Below, piece by piece: positions 23,496 through 33,895 of a DNA stretch of 39,682 nt. Origin of the DNA: Basidioascus undulatus (lineage: Eukaryota); the NCBI GenBank assembly GCA_000826855.1, contig JTLS01000035.1, positions 1 through 39,682 of the forward strand. Direction: 5' to 3'. Under the pieces are notes generated by a model. It had not been told where the DNA came from. It did no database searches and saw nothing but the letters and a program-made list of their open reading frames with translations. Every line of letters starts with the position of its first letter. Positions within the stretch are counted from its first letter, which is position 1. The translations under genes and the position numbers were made by a program.

Positions 23496-26400
23496 ATGCC
23501 CAACAACCCGCCTGGGGCTCAGCCTGGACAACAGCCGCCTCACTCCCGGGTTATGCCCAACATACCGCCCCCCTCCTCGTCCTCGTTCCCGCCCTTCAAC
23601 ATCCCCTTCTATCAAAATCCCATACATCAGCACCGGTCTTCGCCGTTCAACGGTGTTCAACCGCGGCTTCCCCAGTCCCAGCCGCTCGGCTCGCATCATC
23701 CAGGTTCGCCCGGACAGCTGCCCCCGCTGCTGCCGAGCGTCAATAATCTTCTTGGGCATCCGCCTGCACTGTCGAACGCGCAACCCGCTGCGTCTTCGTC
23801 GCCGCTCGAACCAGCGCATGCTAGCGGGGATGGGCGCAGAGTTGAAGATGGGGAGGAGGAGGATGATAGGAACGGCGGAGGGCAGCCGAGGCGGAGGATT
23901 CAGAAGAGGCGGATCGGTCTGTCTTGCACTGGTGCGTCTATTTCTCGAATGTCATGCTCGGTACCAGGAATATGATGACCCCTTTTGGTACTGAAGAATG
24001 TAAAAAGCGGAAGGTACGTCTTCAGTTTGATGTGCGGGTTGCGCTTGCGCTCAGGACGGGAACTCTTGCAGATCAAGTGCGACCGGGCTCAGCCTGCATG
24101 TGGTGCCTGCGCGAAACGGGGAGAGCCACATCGTGAGCTGACACTCCGAGATCGTTCTTATATGCAGCTGACGTGCAGGTGTCTCCAGGGTGCTTCTTCG
24201 AGCATGCACTGACGGGCGACGAGTAGTACGACTGCCTCTCTCCGTCTGCGCAACCCAAACTAGTTCTTACTGTCATTTCCCAGTCCGCCCGCTGCCCGTT
24301 CTTCCATTTCAAACGCTTCTCCCTCCCAACCGACGTCGCAGATCGAAGCGCGCATCTCTCACCTCGAGTCCCTGATATCCACCCTCATCCCGAACGCGAC
24401 CTTCCCATACTCGCACCCTCATTCCGCTTCTCAACCCGCCCCGAACGACGCCTTCACGCCGGCCCAGCAGGGCAGATTATCATCGGCGAAGGCGATCCCG
24501 TCCGAGGCAGGCTCGAACGGCCCGGATAGCGAGACCGAGGACGCAGCATTGGTGTTGGAGCATTTAGCAATGCGCGGGCGCGACGCCGCGCACGGTCCGA
24601 ATCCGCACGTTCCACCGCTTCCGCCGAGCAAGGACTCGTCGAGGGACCCCCTCGAGCTGTTTCCTTTCGGTCTGTGCGAGTCTATCATCGACGAGGAGGG
24701 CGTCACGCAGGTGCGCAACTCGCGGATGCGGGACCTTGTCGCCGAGTTGCCTTCTCGCGAACGGCTTGAGCGACTAATTAACTACCATGTATGTCAAACA
24801 TCACGTCGCTGTCCGTCAACTATCGCTCATGCTCGGTTTATTGCAGTTCGCCCATATCGAATGCGAGTAGCGTGCATACTCAACCGCAGCTTAGCGCACT
24901 CCTGAACTCCTTTCTTTGCAGGGATGTCCAAGACTTCGCACCTGCCTACATTCCGCAAGCGCCTCGCAACGTTCCTCGACAAGTCGTTCGCATCGCCGAG
25001 CAACCCGAACCCGACCTGCGATCCCGCCGACGCGGCGTTTCTGTCGCTCGTCTTCGCGTACCTGTTTAGCACGGTGCACGCTCTCGCGTTCGACGACCCT
25101 TCTGAGCAAGGCGCGATGCTGCGCGCCTGGTTTGGCGAACGGGGCATCCTGGAGTACGAGGCGCAGGGGAGGGTGTGGTATCGAGCGTCGCAGGCAAGCG
25201 ATTCTTCATCTGTCTTGGAGAATTCTGATTCGTTTTACTTACACTATTCAATAACTCCACCTTCTCTTTAGCGTGCGCTCGTTCTCGGCAACTTCTTCAA
25301 CAAACCGACACTCGAAACTCTGACAACGCTGATAGTCATGATGAAGTGCTCCTTCACGCTCGCTGGCCATTCTTTGGAGGCCCACATGACCTTCTTGTCA
25401 TTAGGCGTGTGCGTTTCTGCGTCCGGGACCGTATAAAGAGATTCGCTCAGATGCTAACCGTCCTTGTTACTCGCAGCCGCGTGCGTGCATCTCTTTCGCT
25501 GTGTAGCCGTTAACCACAGGCTGACTTCTTGGCCATCAGCATTGCTACCTGCTGAACCTGATGAACATACCAGACGAGAGCGTTCAACCGTCCGCACACG
25601 GTATTATCGAGCGAGAGGTATGCCATCTATCATGTCCAGCATCACAATGCACATGCTCAACAGTCGCTCACTTGCAGATTGGACGCCGCATCGCTTGGGA
25701 GTTTGTGACCTTGGATGTCTTCGCTGGTGAAATTCCATTGCAATAGCTCGTTCCGATGCGCACCTCACGTACTACCTCGGGCGCAGCTCAACAAAATGGC
25801 TTCCTCATGATGATCTCGCCATCGCAGTTCAAGACTTCGCTTCCGCTGCACGTCAACGATGAGGATCTTGTCGACGGCGTGCCGGTACAAAGCAAATCTC
25901 CGAATGTCCCAACAGTACGTTGAAATTGTTCCTGAGCCTCATGCGGGTACAGCCTTCACTGACTGCGATTTGTCTTCGTCGGACAGGAAATGAGCTGGGT
26001 CATGTGCGCCTCGCGCTGCTATTGGACCAAGAGCGAGAAACTGCAGGCGCTGACGCGAACCATCCGCCACACAGTGCGAAGTGTCAGCTCGTTGGCATTT
26101 TGCAAAAGTTCACCGAGACTGTGGGCGCTTGGAACACGCCGACGTACCCAGTCGTCCAGCAGACAACGGTGGCGTTGTATGGAGCGTACGACAATTGCCC
26201 GCCGTACATGCGCGACCTGGAGCTGGCGTGGAAACTCGGCCGGCAGATCTTTGTAAGCTATTTATCCCGACGTCGGGCGATTCCGAGCTGAATGCGAGAG
26301 GGATTCACAGTTCGGCGTCGCAATGGCGAACTGCGCGTACCTGAACCGCTTGATACGGCTGAACCGTCGGGTCCGTCGATGCTCAAACTCTCCTTCAGGC

Positions 26401-27557
26401 GTCGGGCTAACAGGCAGTATCGAACAGTACCTGTCGCGCGGGTACACTGATCCGCAGTATCGACCCTCGACCGATGCTTGCCTCTCGGCCGCACGCTCGG
26501 CGATGTACATCATTCGCAAGGCCCACGAGGCTAACTGGCCAGGTATCAAGTGGTGGTGCGTCTTCGCATGATTCGAGCATGGCAGAGAACGGAGTGTTGT
26601 GATTGACGCAATGGTGGTGCGCAGGGTGGTCCACCTGCACATACACACAGCCGCAGTGAGCCCAGTGCCTACGTAGACTTCCCACAAGCACGCTCAATCA
26701 TAAGTTTGGCATTGAATATCATTGAATAGGTCGTCCTCTGTATCGACCTACTCCACGACCAGCCAAGTGCTGAGGAAGCGGCTTCAAAGCGCGGCGACGT
26801 TGAAGCGGCCATCGCCATCCTCCTGTGCGTTCGAACATATGCTGTGACTTGGACTCAACATTCATAAACTGCCTCTTACTCTTTCAGACAAAACCAGACG
26901 CGTCATGGCTTCCCGTCGCGGGCGGCGAAGATCATTCGAGCGCTCTTGGAGGAGATCGACCTACGCGCTGATCCGAGCACTCCACGACAGCCGCTCCAGA
27001 ACGAGCTGCCCGGGTCTCTCAAGCGCAAGGCTTCGGAGTTCATCCGCGAGGAGGTCGGAGCGAATAGGCGGGAGCTTGGACGGGAGATCATCAAGGTACG
27101 TTGCTGCTCAGAGATCGAGACCCTGCAAGGTCGTTGGCTCACTGTGGATGTTCGCCAGCGGTTTGCACTAGCCGTTTCGAAGCCGCCTCAAGCACATCAG
27201 AACGGCCGCTCCGCCTCGTCGTCTTCCCCATCCTCGCCCGTCCCCGTTCCCGTCACGGTTTCGAGCCCGCAGATGGAGCACGGCGGCGGGCCAGCTGCCT
27301 ACGGCGCGCTACCGTCGCCGCAGCTTCCAGGCCAGCCGCGTTCGTCCGCGGCGACACCCGGGTCCGGGAGCGAGTTCGACTGGCTGCTCAACCTCAACCT
27401 CGACAGCGTGCCGGGCATGCCGTCTGCAGAGGCGGCCATGGCGGACGTGGCCTTCGTCGGCGGACCGCTCGTGCCCGGCGCGCCCGGCGCGCAGGGTTTC
27501 ACGACGAACGGGCTCGCTCCAGTCGACCTCGACTCGATCATTTCTTCGCTTTGGTAG
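23496..27557 (+). CDS. Zn(II)2Cys6 fungal transcription factor with fungal-specific middle homology region
   Basis: RRIGLSCT|ECKKRK|IKCDRAQPACGACAKRGEPH|RC is a Zn2Cys6 cluster. It is followed by the coiled coil IEARISHLESLI and middle-region motifs (LPSRERLERLINYH, HLPTF, IIEREIGRRIAWEFVTLD, LPLHVNDEDL). Confidence 0.92.
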
Positions 27558-27996
27558 TTGCATCGCTTCTTGATTGGCCGCAGGACCTTGTGTGGACGAC
27601 TCGCTTCGTCATTCGCTTTCTGCTCAAGACATGTATCTGCTTGTATTGTTGCTTCTTAAGTTCAAGGAGTGCGCGCGCCACTGCGGCAGGCACGAGCTCG
27701 ACGTGCCGGAAAGCAACGTCGCTCCGTTCCGGCCCCTCAAGCGCGCTGAATGGTCAGGATCGATCTAGCGGTGAAATTTACCTCGACGAACGGCCAGATG
27801 CAGCAGCGCATCTCAAGCAAGAGACACGCTCTATGGCGCTAACACATCAAACCAAAAGCATTCATGTTAACATCATGCACAGGAGGGACCGTCAAGGGAG
27901 CAGGCGGGCGGATGGAGAACGGTCCAGGTCGAGGGGAACGAAGGGGAGCGGACAAGTCAAGTGAAAGCGAAGCAAGGTAAGAGCGGCGTCGGCCCG

Positions 27997-30421
27997 TCAG
28001 CCATGTCGCAAGCTCGTCGGGCTCGTCGGCGCCGCCAGTGCAGATGTCCCAGCGCCGCTCGGTCCCGCACCGGCTGGCCCGCCCCCGCTCCCGCTACCGC
28101 CTCGAGGGACTCGGTTCGGGTCAGGCTCGATCTTTTCGATCTCGCGCTTGGCTTCCTCCCACGCTTCGAGGTTCTACAGAAACGCATCCACACACCCGTG
28201 GCCGAGTCGGGTCAGCAAACAAACAGCGCCCATGAGAGAAAAGGAGAGGGGAAGGCCGATGGAGACGTACGATCCTAGCCCACTCGCGGTGCAACTTTGC
28301 ATACGCGATGCACATCTCGCGGAAGTCGGCGACCTTCTGGCGCTGGAACCGGTCGAGGTCAGCCTGGATCGTCTGGCTCGCGTACTTGAGGTCCTGCGTC
28401 GACGCCTGCAGCGCGTCCTCCAGCTGTGCGAGTCGACGCCTTGTCAACTTTCGAGCGAAACCATATAGGGCAATGGAACGCGGTTGGCAAGACGAACCCC
28501 GTTGATCGCGTCTCGCGTCTTCCCAATCTGATTCCGCCTCGTCATCTCCGGGTCGACGTCCATGATGCCCTGCAGCGTGTGCGACAGCGCGCCGAGGAAG
28601 CTCAAGCTCCCTCCGCCTCCGCCCGCGCGTTTCGGCGCGGGCGGCGGAGGCGGCGGCTGTCGTGCGTCGGTGGGGACGGGCGAGGCGGGCGGGGAGATTT
28701 TGGAGAAGGGGCTGCTGGACGAGTCGCCACCGTCGCTCTCTTCGCGTGCAGGCGGCCCGCCTGGGCCAGGCGAGGAGGAGGAGGGTTGGGATCCGGAGCC
28801 GGAAGCGGGCGCGGGCGGCGGCAGGCCGATAACGGAGCCGCGCGTGAGGGCGTCTTCGAGCCGGCGGGCCTCGCGCTCGGAGCGCTCGAGCTCTGCGAGA
28901 GACTCGTGCTTCCCGTCCAGCGTATCGGAGACCATCTCGTACTGGACGTGCTTCATGTGTCGGTACGCGAGGAGCTTCTTGATGATGCTCGCGAACTGTG
29001 AGTACGTGTGCAGAGGCTCGGTGTAGGTCTTTTCCCATTCTTGGAGCTGCCATACAAGACGAAGCGGACGCATTACAGGTGAGTGAATAAGTATGCGGAG
29101 AAGGTGCGATTCAGGCAACGAGATAGGACACACCATCGAAGCGGTAGACATAAAGGTCGAATCGACCGCCTGGCCAGTCTTCTCGATCGCCGAAGCAAGC
29201 GCGTCGGACTCGCTCAAGCTGAATCCATTCAGGATCGCGCCCAGTTCCGAATAATCAGCAGCGGCATCTGAAACGCAAGGACCCGTCAGCTTCCATCTAC
29301 CGTTCCTCCGCGGCGACCTTCCCCTCTCGCGCAGCGCGACTTACCACTCCACCGCTTGACGGCCCTCCGGTTGACCTTCTCCATGCTCCCCTCGAGGTGC
29401 TGCGCGAATTTTTGCGTAAACAGCTCAGAGTCGATGAAGCGCTGGTCGGGTCGCTTGAGCGGGTGCGCCGCGGACGGCGCGGGGAGGGACGCGTAGGCGG
29501 TGACGTGCGAGACGTCTGTCGGGGCGTACGAGGGTGCGTGAAGAGGGTTCTTGGGGAGGAGGGAGAGCGGCGGGGAGTGGAGGACTTCGGACTGTTTGCG
29601 TCAAGCCTCTCGATCAGTCAGCGCGTGCCGACACGAAGCAGGCGGGAGGGGAGGGGACGGCGGGCCGACGCACCCATGAGACGCCCGGGGTGAGGAAGCG
29701 GACAAAGATGGCCTCGTTGCTGAGGATGGGGTGTCGGGCGATGCGGTTGAGGAAGTCCAGGAGCGTGCGCCGTCGGCGGGCGACGAGCGCCGTGTCCTCC
29801 TTGGCCTTGCCCTGCTTGGCCGCGTAGTCGCCGAGGGTGTGCTTGGACGGGATGGGCGGGATGATGAGCGTCGGGTAGAGCCTGCTCAGCGCTGTGCGCA
29901 GCGACTCGAAGTCCGAGTATCGACGCGCGACTTGCTGGTTCTGGATCGCGGCAGGGGCGGGTGGACGGGTGAGCCGTGAGGCCGCTACTACCTGGACCGT
30001 CCGCTCTCAGGACGCACATCGTGTTGTACGATATAAGCGATGTAGGATGATTTTGCGCCTTCAGTGGTCTTGACTGCGTCGATGATCTGCGTGAGGGCGT
30101 CCCCGATACGGAGCAGCAGCACAGCACAGCCCACGTGAGCGTGAGCGCGAGCTCCCACCAACTGCTGCACTGCAATGGCAACTCGACACGCACCGAGATC
30201 TCGAGCGGCTCCTCCCTCTCCTGTACGCTCTGCTGCACGCGCTGCTGCGCGTACGCGGCCGACTCGCTGCGCTCCGGCACCGGCCTCTCGTGCTCGGTGT
30301 GGTCGGGCGGGGACGCGTCCGAGGCGGCGCCGGAGGACGCGTGGTCGTCCTCGTCGTCGTCGTCCTCGCGGAACGGATTCGGCGCCTCGTCAGGCGGCGG
30401 CGAGTGGAATGAGGATGTCAT
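27997..30421 (-). CDS. SNX41: PX-BAR sorting nexin, Snx41/Atg20 family
   Basis: PX domain SYIAYIV...ARRYSDFESLRTALSRLYPTLIIPPIPSKHTLGDYAAKQGKAKED...RRRTLLDFLNRIARHPIL. BAR domain YSELGAILNGFSLSES, LASAIEKTGQAVD, GIMDVDPEMTRRNQIGKTR, IQADLDRFQRQKVADF. Confidence 0.88.
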
Positions 30422-30674
30422 TGGGATTTGATGGGAATGGGCAGAGTGAGAGTTTCGATGGGCTGCAGTTCACCGAGAGATGCGCGACAGCCGGTCCGTC
30501 ATGACGATGTGTCCGTCCGTCCGCTGTCTTCCGCGGTGATTTCCCGGATCTAGGCAGCCAGCTGCGCTCACGCTCCGCCTGCCAAGTTTCGAGATGCTGT
30601 GCGTTCCTGTTCCAAACCATCATCGTCTTGCTTTTGCCATCCCTTGCTCTACATAACATCCTTGTTCGCTTGAA

Positions 30675-32902
30675 ATGGTGAAGGATCCGGTTTACTACGA
30701 TTTGCTAGAGGTGCGCATTCGTGGCCTTACAACCCGCAGCGACCAGGACTGTCAGGCTGACAACGCGACCGAACTCGAACGCTCTGTCTAGGTCTCTCCC
30801 GATGCAGACGACATCGCATTGAAGAAGGCGTACCGCAAGGCCGCAATCAAGTGGCACCCGGACAAAGTCCATCTCGCTTCTCCCAGCAGATCTCGCGCCT
30901 TCCCTTCCCGAGAAGACGCTTAAACGTCTCCCTCCGCTGCCAGAATCCCTCTCCGGAAGCCGAGGCGCGCTTCCAGGCGATTGGCGAGGCGTATGCGGTG
31001 CTGAAGGACCCGCACGCTCGGGCATGGTATGATAAGAACGGCGTGAAAGAAGCGGGTGCGGCCGATCAGGAGGTCAACCCTGAGGAGCTGTTCGGTCAGG
31101 TGTGTCTCTAGGAGAAATTGACTGGTGATGCAGGGAGCTGATAAGATGTGGCGGTAGATGTTCGGAGGAGACGCGTTCAGGGATTATGTGCGTCTGATGC
31201 GAAGCGGGGGTATCGGTTGAGGGCGAGGGTGGGCGTCAGGGTTGATCGTGTCGGACCGATCAGATTGGGGAGTTCTCCCTGGTGAAGGACCTCAGTGGGC
31301 GGATGGAGGTGAGTCCTAATTCTGGGATAGGCGTTGACGAAGAGAGGAAGGACCGCTGATGGTGAATTGGCTGTGATGCAGGCGACTATGACCGAGGAGG
31401 AGAAGGCCGAGCTGGAGAAGGCTGCGGCCGAGGCCTCCGGCGCTGCGTCCCCCGCCCCGACACCCGCGCTCGACGAGAAGGCGCACGCCGAGCCCGCAGC
31501 TGCGGCTGCGGCTGCGGCGGACGGGGAGGCCAAGAAAGAGAAGGAGAAGGAGGAGAAGAAGAAGAGCAAGAAGCTCACGCCGGAGCAGAAGGAGAAGCTG
31601 GAGAAGTTAGAGACAGAGTCGGAGAAGGCACGGGAGGAGGTACGTCTTCGCGAGGAGGGGTGATATAGGCTTGGCGCTGACCGTGCATGGGGAACGGTGC
31701 CGCAGCGGTTGGAGAACCTCACCAAAGCACTGAAGGAGCGCTTGCGAGCGTACGTCGAGGCGAAGGACCCTGGCTCGAAGGACGACCCCGAGACGCATGC
31801 GTTCGAGGCGCGCGTGCGACGCGAGGCGGAGGATCTGAAGCTCGAGTCGTTCGGTGTCGAGGTGCGCTGGCCACTTTCATCCCGCTCGTAAGCATCCGGG
31901 TGGATTCTGACTTGCCTCTTACATTCAACCGCCCGGTTCAGCTCCTGCACACTATAGGCAGCATCTACCTCACCAAGGGCTCGTCGTACATCAAGTCGCG
32001 CAAGGGCTTCCTCGGCCTGCCTGGCTTCTTCAGCCGCATCAAGGAGAAGGGCGCGATCATCAAGGAGGGGTGGGGCCTGCTGGGGTCTGCGTGCGTCTCG
32101 CTTCTTACCTACGTTGACTGCAGCGGTCTGGCGGGGGATTGGCTGATGCATCTAGGTGCATTTGGCGCCACAGCGTAGGCGCGCAGATGGCGATGGAGGA
32201 GATGAAGTGAGTGACTTCCCCGGGATAGGATGCGTGATCTGACAGTGTCCTCGATACTTCTAGCAAGCGACAAGAGCAGGGCGAAGTCGCGCAGGAAGAG
32301 CTCGAGGCGCTCGGTGCGGACCTGACAGCGAAGGTACGCCTCATTCACCCCGTTTCAGTCCGGCGCAAAACGACTAACGCTCGTCATCTTTCAGCTCCTG
32401 CTCGCCTCCTGGCGCGCCGCGCGGTTCGAGGCGAACGGTGTCCTGCGCGAGGTGTGCGAGCGCGTCCTGAGCGAGAAGGGCGTCAGCGACACGGTCTTGC
32501 TCAACCGGGCAAAGGTAAACACGCCCCTTTCTGTCTCCTTGAGCTTCCCATTACGTCTTTCTGGAGGGTATTGACGCGACGGCGTGAGTGCAGGGCCTCA
32601 TGACCATCGGCGCGCTGTTCCGCTCTGTGCAGCCTGACGAGTCGGACGAGGAGCGACGCGAGCTGGAGCGGTGCGTCCCGTTGCCCTTTCCACCCTCTCA
32701 ACCTCTTCCTCGCTCGTTGGAGGCTATCATCTCACTTGCGAGTGAACGCATTCGCGCCTGTTCCAGACTCGTCGCGGAGGCAGGGAAGAAGAAGAGCAAG
32801 AAGGACAAGGCCAAGGCCGCGGGCGGCAGCGGCAGCGGCAGCAAGGTCGCCAGCCCCAAGGCGACCAGCCCGCCGGGCTCCCCCAAGCAGCCCAAGGCAT
32901 GA
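30675..32902 (+). CDS. DJP1: DnaJ co-chaperone with C-terminal DnaJ-X domain (Djp1/Caj1 family)
   Basis: MVKDPVYYDLLE|VSPDA...LKKAYRKAAIKWHPDK|NP...FQAIGEAYAVL (J domain with HPD), MFGGDAFRDYIGE, and X-domain AEDLKLESFGVELLHTIGSIY. Confidence 0.9.
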
Positions 32903-33895
32903 GCGGGTGCTGATTAACGAGTGGTCGTCTTCTTCCTTCAGCTTTCCTGTTCATGTCCTTGTGCCTCACATAGATTAGCCTAATAATTCTGCCACGCCCT
33001 CTTCTTTTTCGTGTTTTGGCCCTGTCAGTCCCTGTTTGCAGCATTGGCCCGTTTGCATGCCATTAGCCGATGCCGTACTTCCGCTGCTGTGTTTGTGGAA
33101 CGCATAATACACAACTTGCTCTGCGTTTCGTCATGTTTAAAAGCGTACAGCTAACCTGTTTCCAAGTACACTGTTGTCATGATTCAATAGCATGGCAGGT
33201 CCTTTACATTTGCATCGTCAGTCCATTCGGACGATGTTGACCTTGTCGTTCAGTCCTGCCCTCGCTTTCTGCTAGCAATGAACCCCTCTAGGTAACTAGA
33301 ACCTTCACGAACAGACCATCAAAGCTAATATTCCGAGCAGATCTTTGATCTGTTCGGTTGGAACTGTAGTCCGGATGAGTCCAAAGAGGGCACCATCGAC
33401 GGTCACATCTCGAAACGAACTTGCAGAGGGCGGCAAAGGCGGTCCGGCCACATGATAAGGTTCATTCGATCGGCTTGAAAAGCGTGGCCCTGCTCAGCTG
33501 ATCAGCCTCCGCTCGATGTTTGCCTGAAGGGTTGGCATTCTGCGACGGAAACGACGACGGTCCGTTGTTTTCACAGGTGGAGCGTTGGGGTCCTCTCCTT
33601 AAAACTCACTCACTCGCCCCCCGGCCCCAACAGCTGTCCTCCGGACCGCCCAAATCAGCCCCCCCTTGAATATACGACCGTGCTCCCGCTCTCTCCGTCG
33701 ACCTCTGTGCTTCTCGCGTACTCTCGCACGAGGTCACACACCTCGAATGCGCACGAGGTTCGGGTCCATGGCGTGAACCCCCCCCCGGTCGTACAAGTGC
33801 CGCGACCTCCGCCCACACCTCATTTTTCTGCTCTGCCTGGTTTTACGCCACTCTCACGCATACACTCATACACATACACTTACGACGAGCACTAC

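Noticed and set aside
33361..33420. Hammerhead ribozyme-like GATGAG...CGAAAC
   Set aside because: The core reads CGGATGAG, not CTGATGA, and the stems do not form. Other CTGATGA hits (about 23042, 38348, 39256) lack a properly placed GAAA.
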